Shown here one piece after another: positions 13,133 to 25,751 of a stretch of DNA of 64,000 bases (position 1 is the stretch's first letter; each line of letters begins with the position of its first letter). This DNA comes from Trichosphaerium sp. ATCC 40318 (taxonomy: Eukaryota; Protista; Tubulinea): contig JALMLS010000322.1 in NCBI GenBank assembly GCA_038496445.1, forward strand, positions 682,001-746,000. Reading direction: 5' to 3'. The position numbers were made by a program, and so were the translations under genes. Under the pieces are notes generated by a model. It did not search any database, was not told the DNA's origin, and worked only from the letters and a program-made list of their open reading frames with translations.

Positions 13133-13789
13133 ATGACCTCTGGCGCTAAAGAAGAACAAGTTCCTGGCGAAGAAAAAACTGCCTATTTCACACCATACGA
13201 CTTGCGCGGCTTTTGGCAAGGAGACAAAGGTCCCAATGGATTAGAAATGCTTCAAATAACACTTACAGATGGTTTTCTTGTAGCAACAAAGGTATTTACC
13301 GAAACTTGTTTAAACGCCCAAAACTATCGCTCTTTGCAGATTACAGGTGGTGGCCATGTGCCTGCTGGTAAAGTCAGTTGGAAAGTAGACCGCAAGCTTG
13401 GTGTTGGATCCATACAGGTATGCCGTAATTTGTTGTTAACAACACGTGACAGAAAGTTATTATTGTTTGGTTGCTAAAAAAAACGGTTATTGTTTGTCGA
13501 ACAAAGAGCTGTTGATAGCTTTCTTGTGATAGTATTTTTGATGTCAATAGGTAGCAGAGAAAGGCTTTAAAAACAGTCAATGGAGGAAAGGCAAAATAGA
13601 AGCTGTTATCAGTCCTGATAATTTTTTTTTCGTTTGGTACCTTTTTTTTTTGTATAAAGTCGTTACTGCTGACACTGTATGATCAAAAGGGAAAATGTAG
13701 AACGTGAATTTAAGCGGTTACATATTAGTGGTGATAACAATTGCGGTTACACTTTTGATCATGATCCTGTAAATTATGACTATGATTAA
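13133..13789 (+). CDS. stand-alone Cyclin-D1-binding/DUF3506 (FBXO31/EXECUTER C-terminal-like) domain protein
   Basis: After splicing: GFWQGDKGPNGLEMLQITLTDGFLVATK-ITGGGHVPAGKVSWKVD, which matches the family pattern GxWxGxYxxHGxE...LxAxKxTGDxNVPxG as recalled. Confidence 0.6.
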
Positions 13790-13954
13790 GACTTGAGTCA
13801 TGTGCAAAAAAAAAAAGAAGAAAGAAACAGGAAAACCTATTTAATTAGTCGCTAGTACGTTCGAAACTAATAACAACATTACTTGAACAATTTATAATTA
13901 CAACGTAGGTTTATTAACGATATAAGTAAGTTATAGAATGTAAAAATAGTCTAT

Positions 13955-16505
13955 TCACATTGTAAATAAAAATTCTGGGAATGAGTTTCCAAGTCCACTG
14001 AGTGTCTTTGGTTTCTCTAATTTGTTATACACTTTGTCCTACTACATACAAGCTTCAAAGACTCTACTCTTGTATTATAAACCTCTACAAACACGTGAGT
14101 GTCAGCAACAAATAAGAACACTATCATTTGAATAATCTCTGCTTGTATCAACTTGTAATCGTCTGTATCTGAGATACAGTTAGTGATTTCGTGCATTAGG
14201 TTTTCTTAAGTCTAACACTTTGCGCCTTTAACTTGTTTTCAGAAATAATCCAAGACAGGAGTACGTATTAATATTAAAGATTTTGGCGTAATAGACGACA
14301 TGTCTATTTTCTCTGAAATGGGCGCTCTAACACTTGGCATTCCTAAGTTTAAAAAAGAAGATTGGGTAAGAAAAATAATGAATTGGTTGGTATATTTCAA
14401 TCAAAAAAACCTATTTACAAGAAATCCAATGTCCACAACACAAAAGCTATTCCATCACAGAAACTACCTCTTCCATAGAATGATTTTTGTAGAATTCGGC
14501 AATATCATGATGATCTGATGGTAAGGCAAGACCACAACGAGTGACAAACTGTAAAGGAAAAAATGAGAAATGGTTCTTTTTTAAATGTAACGAAAAAAAG
14601 ACGTACATTTATTTTGGCTTTAATGATGGGATACACTTCTGCCCATGAGTCAAGTAAAGATTTTAGCTCTTTTGCTTCAGTGTCATAACCATAATCTTCA
14701 AATGTTTTCCATGCAGCTACCATAGCAAAGCCAACAAATGGATAAATACCTTTCGCATTTTTTAGAATCGAAACCCTCTCTTTAACTCTCATAGAAGCTT
14801 CTAGTGCATCTTTACTATGTCCCAATAGATTAAATACCCAAGCAGCGCACGCATCACAGAAAAACTGTGCAATAGGCCTCTCAGGAATAGACTCAGAAAG
14901 AGCTAAAGCTTCAGATATACAAGACAAAGAAGTATTGTAATGTTTTTCGTTATTGGTTTTAACCCAATTACTAACCTATTAATAATACATTAATCGACGC
15001 TATAGTAATATTAACAACATCTCATATCGTACTTCAAACTCTGCCATTGCTTGTAATGCATTCATAAGAGTAGTAATATGATCACCATAAAGAGATGTTG
15101 TTCTTAGTTTTTGACATTGTAATTCAATTGTTTGTTTAGAAAGTTCCATTGATATTTTGTGTTTATATGATGGTATAGTAGGTGTAAACTGACATAATCT
15201 TGCATTCAGGATTTTTATATGTGACGCTAAAGAACTTTCACGAGAATTGCCTATTTGGATGATTAACGATGAGAACAACACTCAGAGTATATGAAGTCAT
15301 TCCAAAAAAGTTGTCTTTTCGTACCTTCACGTAACCTTCTTGCTGCTGTTAAACATGTCATCATTTCATCAGCAAGTGATACAAAATCAAATGCCTTCAA
15401 ACTATTTCCTGAACCAACAAGGTACGACCCCAAAACAAGCAATCCAACTGACACAATTGTTAACAAAAAACAAAACAAAGCCCAAAAAACATAACATGCT
15501 CAAAGTATGCTTTCCTGGCTTGACAACAATTAATACACTTAAAGACAAAAGAGCGTATTAGGTGACTGCCATACAGGAAGAAAAAAAATAGAAATGCAAC
15601 TGACCACGTGGTCAGATGAAACATGGTCAAAACAAAACAATAATTGTAGTTAGATTCGCACCAGCAGTGTCCACAGAAGGTTTGTCTATTATCAAATCCT
15701 TTACCCTCATTGCCATATTAGAGAACTCTCTAGCACGGTGCTTATTGCCCTGAAATAGTTGTTGTACTGCCAGCAATGAATATACACGAAAATTCGCAGG
15801 AGTGGCTGAGTCATCAAGTTAGGAATTTCGAAAAAACCTGATTTGTTTTTGAACTCACTTTTTTGAGAAAAGAAAGCGTCAAAATTAATAGGTCCCAATC
15901 TACATGCCGGTATCTTTGACCCTATGAATGCTGTTGCCATAGAAACACATGATTGGATATTACAAGCGTGAATCAAGCTGACATTTGACAAAAGAATGGC
16001 ACCCTTAACAGAATGAGTTAAAAATCTCAGTTTGTCGGTATTTAATGTGCAAACAAATGCTGTACCTGTGTTATATCCTTTCTTTTAACTCCCCTGGAGT
16101 TTATTGCGAGTACGTGGGGATGCTCTGCGAGAAGAGATTTTAAGTTTTTTTGAGCTGTTTTCTCAATGTTCAAAGCTTCTTGTAACTTCTCTATTTGGTC
16201 ATGTAAAGCTTTTTGCGTGGTTCCTGCGCTTTGTCAATGTTATGACACGCCAAATGCCGACAAGCAAGTTGATAACCGTGAACCGGGTTAAAATAATTAG
16301 CCGACGTACCTCGTTTACGACCACGACGCTTGGCGTTAGTGTACGTACATTTCGTGTTTGATTTAATACAGACGCCTGTTGTTATTTAGATACATGTACT
16401 CTCCGTATTATACGTACCACAGGGGTTGCAATGGTCGCATTTTAGATGTTTTTTACGACACGAAACGCACGAAATTGACGAGTCTTGCTTTTGTTCGCTA
16501 GTCAT
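13955..16505 (-). CDS. Zn(II)2Cys6 binuclear-cluster transcription factor (multi-exon)
   Basis: Spliced motif CVSCRKKHLKCDHCNPC-GVCIKSNTKCTY (C-x2-C-x6-C-x5-C-x2-C-x6-C), then basic KRRGRKR and helical C-terminal exons. The 3' end is approximate. Confidence 0.8.
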
Positions 16506-16917
16506 CAAGTTTCGGCCTGAACGGTTACTTTGGAGTAAGCGAATACGTATTAAAATGGAATGTAAGATTAAAAACTCGGTCAACATTTTTATTATTTTCA
16601 CGAAGAGTGATAACCACAACGAATTCTTCAATTCTATTGTACCTCACTTATAAGCAATACGTACGTTAATACCTTGTTTTAACAAAGTCTGTTACGTTAA
16701 TTAACAGTATTCACTTTAGTACACTAGGAAAGAACTACAAACACTCTAATTAATTAAATTATAAACAATAGTACGCTATTAGTGCAGTTAAAACAAATTT
16801 CTTTGTGAAATAATAAGCAACGCCTTACATCTACACGAGAGTACCCCACTATAGTGTAGAAAGCGGTTTTTACTACTTTTAAAAATATTCCGTTGAATTG
16901 GCTAAATATCGATCAAG

Positions 16918-19066
16918 ATGTCTGGAAGAGTAAAAGTTTTCCGTAAAAAGGATAGTAGAGTAGAAGCACCAACATCAAGCTTACCTGCATTCGAGCCGGG
17001 AAAGAATTACAAGCGAAAATGGCTTCATGACAATTACGGAGGTATTTAATTCATCTAATTAACCTTACGAGACCCTGTAGTTTAATATAACTAACTCTAA
17101 CGCCAGGACAAACAAGCTGTGGCATATCAACGCCTCAAAACCAAAACTTTATTTTCCTTTTCTCGTATAACCACGACCGATACGATAACAGATGGACTGT
17201 ACGTTGATTTACGCATTTTCGATAAGTTTTATTTTTTATCTTCAAAACCACCCAAACTGGTCACCAAAGGCTCATCGTACTTTCTATGAGTACACCATTC
17301 ACACCATAGCAAATTTGAGGCGGTTTTTTTTTGTATTTCAATCAACTAACACTGATTGGTTAAATTATCAATCGAAACTTGGAATTCTCGCGATAAAAGT
17401 CATTACGCATGCTTATGAGAAAAAACCGCTTCATTCCATTGGCAACTTTGTCATCTTTTCGAAGAATTTTGCATTAAGAGTTGAACTATTTTCTCTTTCT
17501 TTTTTTTTTCCGGTTTGATAATTGACCTTTTGCCAGTTAATATTCTTACCTATATTTGTTTAGAAAGATGGGAATTTCATTTACGCTGGAGAAGGAGATG
17601 GAACGTTTACACGTGGGAATAGAGCTTTAAAATTCTCAAGTAAAGCTCTACTTCTATTTTTTGCAGTAAATAATAAGCAAGGCATTGTATGCTTTGTAGG
17701 ATACTTTGATTACGTAAGATATAAACTTATCAAAGCTTCAGGTACCTAAATATACAAAACAATACAAACACTCCACTTTTATTGAGAAAAAACCTCAATG
17801 TTGATCTGCACATCTCACCATGAGTGTTACTCCAACAATCAACGCTACTCTAACCCTTGATTTTTCTGAAGTTTTTTTCCTTTTTTTTTTGGTACAAAAT
17901 GACATCACGTGATTACTTGAAAAACACTTCTTCCAACTCCAATAACAAGACAAAGTTGCCTCAAAATTTCTTAGAGACCATAAATATTAATTATTACTCT
18001 AGGAAGACATAGAAGAGGTGTACAGTTTCATCTTAAGCCAAGAAGAAAAAGTACAATACCCGATTTTGTTATTAAAAGAATGAAGGAAGCACGTGCTGAG
18101 CGTCTAAAAAAGATGGAATATAAAGTACCTGGTGTTGCTGAGAGTGTTTTACAACAGATATGGGATATAAACATTCTAAAGACAAATGTAAAAGATGAGC
18201 CAGATGAAACAAGACCAAAAGAACCAGAACAACAAGTTGTCCAACTGAATGAATCAGAAAAGAAAGCAAGTTATATTAATCTTGTTTCAGATGAAGATGA
18301 AGATGACTTAAATATGGAGATTTTGGAAAAAAGAGAGAAAAAATCTTATGTTCAGTTAGATCTTGTAAGTGATGATGAAGATGAAGAAAATGAACATCAA
18401 CATGAACATGACGGACATGACAGACATGATGATCATGATGTTATAGAAATAGATACAGAAATAAACTATGAACACAACTTTACAGATGAAACAAACAGTA
18501 GAACTACTGTTAATAATAATAACATTGATGACCATCAAAATAATGTAATGGATGTTGATTATCAAGGAGAAAGAGGTTTTCTTGAGGAAGAAGAGGGAGA
18601 TGCTGAAGGAGTTACTCTTGAAGGCCTTGATACAATGGAAGAAGAAGAAGAAAACTCTGATGAAAGAAACAGATTTCAAATTGTTGAAAGACAAGAAGAA
18701 GTTCCACCTCCTCCACGTTATGATTTTGAAGGCCTTGAAGAAATGAATAATGAGGATGATGGACATCAAAACTATGAAGCTGTTGCTTTGAGCTCTGTAC
18801 AGAGAATAATAGTACCAGGTATTATTCTTTCAAAAAAAGTGATAAGAAAGAAAGGACAAACAAATAAGAGGAAGAAAACAAATAGTTCTCAAAATAATGA
18901 TAATAATCAAAGATCAAAAAAAAGAAGACGTTTAACACAGAATATACAGTTAACTCCTGGTATAACTATAACAACAAGAAAAGAACCAAGTTTGCCTGTA
19001 GTAAAACAAGAAGAACAAGAGGACGAACATGTAAGCTTTGCGAACTTCTTACAGCCAAACTTTTAA
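16918..19066 (+). CDS. SRA-like (bacterial McrA/SRA-HNH type) domain protein with an acidic SIM-rich tail and NLS
   Basis: Exons 16918-17041, 17107-17198, 17564-17741 and 18003-19066 splice to FEPGKNYKRKWLHDNYGGQTSCGISTP...IFLFS...YDNRW..DGNFIYAGEGDG.FTRGNRAL...LLLF...FVGYFDY...GRHRRGVQFHLKP. Confidence 0.7.
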
Positions 19067-19487
19067 GCCCACAAAGAAGAAAACCATGTACAATAGTTGT
19101 AATCTAGATAGAACAATAAAAATATTGTCAATTTTTTTTGTGTTAATGCCACAGGAAAGAGCCAGCTCATTGCCCCCCGACTCCATCTGAAATCTATTGC
19201 TAGATGCTCTACTCTTCATGCCCACATTGATACAAGATTATACTCTGTAGTTCGTTGCAAATAATTTTTGGGACCTTAAAGGCTGTTCGATCCGCTTGTC
19301 TTGTGTATCCAAGTTTACATTTGTTTTGCTATAAGCAGAACATGGCTTGTTTTGAAAAATACCATTTCTGCAACAACCAAAATCAACGACAGCCTGTTTT
19401 TCACAAAAGAGGGTTGGGGTTTTTTGTACAAATTTTTCAACCCTCATACTTTTTTATTCGTCACATTAATATTCCCATTGGAAACAA

Positions 19488-22400
19488 TTACATTGCCGTA
19501 AGGCCTTCTTGTACACCTTGCAAGTATTTCTCCAAAAACTAAAAGAAGAAAAGTTAATACCAAGTCACCTGAAGGAAGAAAAAAGAAATAAAAAACGACA
19601 AAAAAAATTGAAATGAATTTGAAAAACTTTTTTGGCGATTGGCTTGTTTGTCGTACCTTTGAAGTAACACGTGTGTAGTTAGTTACATTCTCCTTCCATT
19701 TGATAAATGCTTGGTAATCAGCCTTGAATAAAATATTAGTAGCTACTCGAGTAGAGGCCTACGCGCGTAGCCAAAAAAAGCAAAAAAAAAAAAAGGGTGA
19801 CTTACAATCTTGCCGAGTTCTCTCTCGTATAGCTCTGAGAGCATGTTTGTGTGCTTTTCTAGATCCTCTTGTAGGTACTCAAATAGATTCTTTTCATCAG
19901 TTTTAGAATCATCTTGTGCAATATAAAACCCGTAGACATAAGACCATTGCAAAGCACGGCGATTCTACACAGTAAAAAATCAGTCTCTAAGAACTTAAAA
20001 TAGTCGAGTGTATAATTTTAAACACAGCAAACAGTCAATTATACATTGGAGGGTTTTATAGCCATAAATACAAACAAAAAAATAAAATACCAGCGAAAAA
20101 AGATGAAAAGAAAAAAAAACAAAGACGCCTCCCAGAGTGTTTCATTGGGACGAGCTTTAATTTGGCTCCACGTCAACTTGTTAGAAGAGCCATCTACGTA
20201 AAAACCAAAAATTCTTTGAACTACTACGCGTTTAAAAACATACCTTTAACAATTGCTCAGCAGCTTCATGAAGAAACTTAGTATCTTGTGCTCTAACAGA
20301 AAATTTATCCAAAATCTCGCTCGCTCGCGTCTCAGCATTCTTTCTTTGCTCATCAGCGACTTTCTAAACGAACACAGTGAGCATACAGACAACTTTCGGT
20401 AACTTTAAACGATTTTTGATAACAAAACACAAAAAAAAATTCAAGCTATCTACGCGCTTGAAAAATGCTCTAAAACACATCTCCTTATACGCACCATAGC
20501 GTTTCTGTGGGATTCATAACGATGAAAGTAGAACATGTACTTATCTAGCTCAGTTTTAATTTTTTGAGCTCCAACATCCTCGTCTTTAGCTTTAGATGCA
20601 TCGTATTTATTACAAGCATAGTATCCACCAGTTTCAGCACCATGTTCAGTCCAAGGACCACGGCACAACCAACAAAATTCGTAACTGAAGAAAAAAAAAA
20701 TTAGCAAGCGATGATACAAGAAGGCTCGAAAACAACACTGGGACCATCAGTAGGCTGAGCCAAAGAAAAAATACCAGTGCGCGTAGATACATACCTACAA
20801 CCGCCAGCCTCTTTCCTGCAAGTCATGTGCATACAACCACCATTCTTCTCAATAGGAGAGCTACACTTTGGGCATTTTTTTGTATTAGCAATAAGCCATT
20901 TAACATTCTCACTCTCATCTAAAGCCTAAAAACACAAAAATCAGAAAAAAAATCCATCTCAACGTTTGAATTTAGGGTTTTTTTACCTTTTCTTGCCACT
21001 TTTCAACGTCCAAGCAAGTAGCCGGTGTGTGATCACCAACATCACTATCAGCGCATTGAAAGCAGAACCTAAAAAAAATTGTTTAGCATGGACCAAATGA
21101 GATAAAAACGGAATTCATCGAAATGAACTTAGAAAAAAAAAGTTTTGACTTTTTTACACCACAGACACAATAAAATACAGTCTAAAATACGCCTTAAATA
21201 CCATCAATAGTATTGTATTAATATACAACCACTAAGACAATAAAAAGAGACAATGGTTTAGAGAAAAGAATATGAAAAGCATCTTCTTTTCTGAGAACGT
21301 ACTTGAAACCGCAAGAGCATGAAACAGGTTCTCTTCTATTTTTTCTTTCTACTTTAATAGAACAATTACATCTAGGAGCAGGACAGTACTTAACCTACAG
21401 CAGAAGAGTCAAAAAAAAAAATCGAAAAAAAAAACCACAATCAAACTGCAATTCCATACCAGTGGGTTATCTTCCACAATAGAACAATATAGCTTCTTAC
21501 GATATCTTTTGTACATTTCTTTACTAACTAGTTTCTTAAACGCGCGATCGTGAGTCAATTCGTTGCACTAGAAGAGAAAAAAACGTCAATAGACGACTTC
21601 CAATGTAAAAAAAAGAGTGAAAAACTTTTTCCAACGTAAACGCTTTTAATCGTTTAGGTGCTAATAACTTACCTTAGGCGCAGGACATTTTGTGAACGTC
21701 ACATCTGTAGTGCCTGTGATGCGAAGCTATAAAAATGAAGTGAGATTTCAGTAAAGTACACGCGAAATATCAAAAAGGAGGAAGAATAACACGAACGTTT
21801 AAAATAAAACAAATCAAAAAAAAAAAGGAGACGCGAGTGCTGAAATAAAAACGATGATTGTTACCTCTAAATACTCTCGCCAGCAGTTCTTACAGTTACG
21901 ATGGCCACACGATAGTGCAAATGTATCCTTACCCAACACATCGTCTAAGCAAATCGGACAGCACATCTATAAACAGTTTAGAAGCGTCTCATGACGATAA
22001 AAAAAAAAAAAAAAAAAAATCAAGACCGTTGTTGGCGTTTTCACTGTACAGTACCTTCTTTTTTTTATTTTTGCATTTACGCTCTTCCTCGAAAGTGGGC
22101 GAAACACCAGCAGCTTTGCAAACTTTTTCAGGGTTTTCCATGTACGCTTGTACGAGTTTTTCCTTATTCCACCTATAGTAAAATAAATCAGCACTGTGAA
22201 GGATGAAAGGCAAGTGTCAATGCGGCCAAAAGTATAATTCACAGATCAGCAACAAATCAGTTTTAAAAACGCGCTTTGGGTGCGAGATATCGTTCCGACG
22301 CGTTTGAGTGCGAAAAAAGTTGTAAAAGGCATTAAAACCTAAAACAGATCTGTGTGAAGTTGAAAAACGTACTTGAAATGGCGGATAAGTATGAGCGCTG

Positions 22401-22650
22401 CGCTTTTCGATGGTATATTAAGGAAATCCATCACTTCGTTTATAATATTTTGGCTCCGCTCTTCTAATACACTTTCCTCTAAAACCTCGAAGGATTCTGT
22501 CTTCTCCATGGGTTCATTTTGGTTGTAACCGTCCTGTAGGTCCATACTATCGTATAATTCGTACTCCATCTCGTCATACTCATCATATTCATCTCCTGAA
22601 CCCAGATCGAAGTCGTTTTCGTCATACTCGTCGTAGTCACCCTCAGACAT
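19488..22650 (-). CDS. ARI1: Ariadne-family RBR E3 ubiquitin ligase (multi-exon)
   Basis: Acidic N-terminus, HFKWNKEKL, RING1, IBR, RING2 [22 protein letters not shown]...FCWLC, Ariadne domain [11 protein letters not shown] and [10 protein letters not shown]...FEYLQEDLE. Confidence 0.93.
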
Positions 22651-22932
22651 AATCTTTTTTCTTTGTTAACAGAATTGGTATTCCTGACTCCCTTAATCCT
22701 TACGGGAGCGCGACGTACTTATGGTTTCGTGTTGGATGAACGGTTTGTTTTTGCAGCAGCGGCTTTATTCAACGCTTTTGCTGAACTTTAAAGAAAATGA
22801 TTGACTCGCCTAGAAAAGTCACGCTTCAGTGCAACTACGCTGGCTAGATTCGGCTACAAGAGTTTTATTTTGTGCTCGAAAGAGCTGACGAAGTAGTTTA
22901 CAATTAAAAAGTTTTGTGTTTTGGCGTCTGTG

Positions 22933-25113
22933 CTACTCGTTGTTGAATTGATCCTAGAGAATGGTGTGAGCAATGAGGGAGTGCGCAGGTATTTTCAAAG
23001 AAGGGGAAGCAAAACTGGCCTACCTGCAATTTTTTCGCCATTGCTGTGTCCTCATCTTCCTGAGTATACGTGCGCACTGCAAACTGGTAGAATTTGGTTA
23101 AAAGCGTGAAAGCATCTCCAGAATTGAGTTTTATGGTTTGTCCGCAATTCAAGGGTTTTATATTGTTGTCGTTTGATATACAGAACAATGGGTTCACTCC
23201 TTGGTTGCGCAGTTCCAATACAAAGTTATCCGCGCTGCCAACTGGTCTAACCTTCGCCTGAGTGCGACTCACGCGTGTATCACCGCCTACATGCGCTCTG
23301 CCAAGCGTGATGCGTTTATTGAATGGCACGTAGATATCCTCACCTATGCGTTGTTAATCCTAGTCATCGTTATGCTTCCCGCACCTCCATCAAACTTTGC
23401 AAACAACCGAACGCCACATATTTCCTTTGAAGACGAACTTGAGCCAGCAGATGTCTTTTTTTGTTTTTTTGGTGTTTTGGCTTTTACCGCTGCTTGTGGC
23501 TTTGGAGTACTCTTTTTCACTGCTGGTTTCGGTTTTGCTTTGTAAGGTTTTGCGCTTGGATTACCTTTGACAGCTCCTTCAAATTGTGCAAAGTCAATCG
23601 TAGAAATACCCAGCTCCTCAAGCATTCCATTGATTTTATCGAAAGGTTTATCATTTTGGAACGCGTGGACATTCGAGGGTGAAGGCATTGATACAAGCTT
23701 CATCGGTACACCTTTACCATAGTTCTAATAATAGTCAGAGACCGAAAGAAGGTGAGGACGCCAATGTTTCATAAAAAAAGAGAGGACTCTGCCGTAGGTT
23801 GTGTGGTTACCTTGTACATATTTAGTACTGTCTTCCTTCCACTTCCTAGCTCGCCACAGAAAGCTATGACCAAACCTCCCTTCGGATTTGCTTTTTTTTC
23901 TTTAAAGATGAGTTTTACAATATTAGAGAAAATTGGCGCCCATGAATCTATATGGGATTGCCTGGCTGCATCGTTTGCTACATAAAGAGTCACATATATA
24001 CTATAGCTGGTAGAGTACCTGTTGTTGTGAGGGATAAAGGAAGGAACATAACGCCTTTTCTCTGACATTTAAGAAACCACGATTCAATAGACCCTTCAGT
24101 TATAGAAAGGGCTCTTTTAATAGCTTCCATCTCTGCTGTAATATTATCAGATTCAAATGTAGTACATGCGCCATCCCAGAAAGGATATCCTGTGCCGTCA
24201 CCGTTCCATCTGGCTTTTTTGTTAGTAATATCTCCTTTTGTCTTGTATAGTCCTGTACGTACTGAATGGAAGGTTCTTCAGCGATAAAAAGCACTTTTAC
24301 TCTTTGTGGGTAGCCTTAAAAGAACATTAGTTGACATGTTTTTTTTTGAATTTTTGCAGTTACCAAATTTGTCGAATACTGTCGTAACACGCGATGACGG
24401 AGGTCCAAAAGGTTTTTTAAGGGAATCTAGAACATCATCACCTCCTGTTAACGCTTGCTCCCAGCTTTATTAAGCATCAGAAAGTGATAAAAAAAATAAA
24501 CAACATTTGCTGAGATAGTTTCTTTTAATGGTCATTGTACTTACCCTCCAGGCACAGAAAAGTCTTCACTTGCTTTCTTCTGTTTAGCTGGCTTTGCTTT
24601 CTTTGATTTCTTGCTCTTTGACGCTTTTTCTATTTTTTGGCGTCTTATCTTCATGTACTCTTTGATGAGGGTGCGTAAATGTTTTTTATCGACTTCTTTT
24701 AACGTTTCAAAGTCTACGAAAGAGGTTGACAAGGCAGAAAGAGAAGATCGAGCCCTATTTGTTATTTAACGAATTGATTTTGGATGGGTACCTTGTAGAT
24801 CGTCCTCGCTTTCGATTACTTTCGTTGTGAGGCGTACTCGTTTGAATGCGTGAAACATACACTCTGGGTGATACCTGACGGTGTTAAAGCATCTGTGTAT
24901 ACCTTTTGGCATACCATTTGGTCTGTAGGTCCCCTTCGTGAAAAAAACTCGCTGTTTGTTTTCCAATTCGCACTGTTGCTTTCTCAATCTCCTTAGACTC
25001 ACATCCAGAGAATCCACACTAAGTTAAATAACATTAGCGGTTAAAAAACTTGTTTTACATACTTTGGAGCGTCCAGTCGGTGCGTATGTTACAATGTAAA
25101 GGTTGTTGGCCAT
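22933..25113 (-). CDS. PARP-type zinc finger + degenerate family-1 uracil-DNA glycosylase domain + FHA + MIU protein
   Basis: YIVTYAPTGRSKCGFSGC...IEKATVRIG...KWYHPEC (zf-PARP); GPPSSRV...RVKVLFIAEEPS, GVMFLPLSLT, SH..SW..IF, SMPSPS...FDKINGMLEELGISTIDF (UNG fold); ITLGR...VSRTQ...GVNP (FHA); EDEDTAMAKKLQDQF (MIU). Confidence 0.75.
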
Positions 25114-25751
25114 CTTATTTAATGTTTTTCCATGAATAATTGTAATTTTGTAAGCCTACCTTAACAATGTTGTTGGTAACCAAATTGGTTTATTTTGTGT
25201 CTAGACTTTCAACATGAGCGTTGTTTCTCAAATGACATATGCCACAAGGAAATTAAGGATCGATAGTTGTCCTCTTTTGCTATGACAATGTGCCTTGTAC
25301 TCCTTCATTTACCTCACCACAATACCAGATTTATTTTGCATTGAGAAATCACGTGGCTAAAGAAGCTCTCATTTGTTCCAACACAAGCGAAAACAAAAAA
25401 ACCCATAAGAGTTATCAGCTTCGAGGCTTAGTGCGCGTGTAGTAACATTATAACGATTGCTCTGTAACAGACATTGCGTGTCAAAACTCGAAATAAAAAC
25501 TTGTCTTTCATTGAACAATCCGAGTTCATTCGGGTCTAAGTATCCTCGATCTATTAAAGAATAATAACAACATTACTATGTTTTGTCTATTTTACAAAAA
25601 ATTTATTTACATTCTGGAGGGCTTTGATTTAAATCGGCATGTTAGTTTTTTTTGATTTGATTATTTTTTTTTGGGTGCCTTGCATTTTCCTTTGTTTTTT
25701 TTGATAAATAATGCCTCTTTCCCTTCTTTTCTTACGTTTGTATTTCTAAAA

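Noticed and set aside
18072-18769. Hydrophobic minus-strand ORFs (Phe/Ile/Met-rich)
   Set aside because: Antisense of the acidic GAA/GAT-rich exon of the SRA gene.
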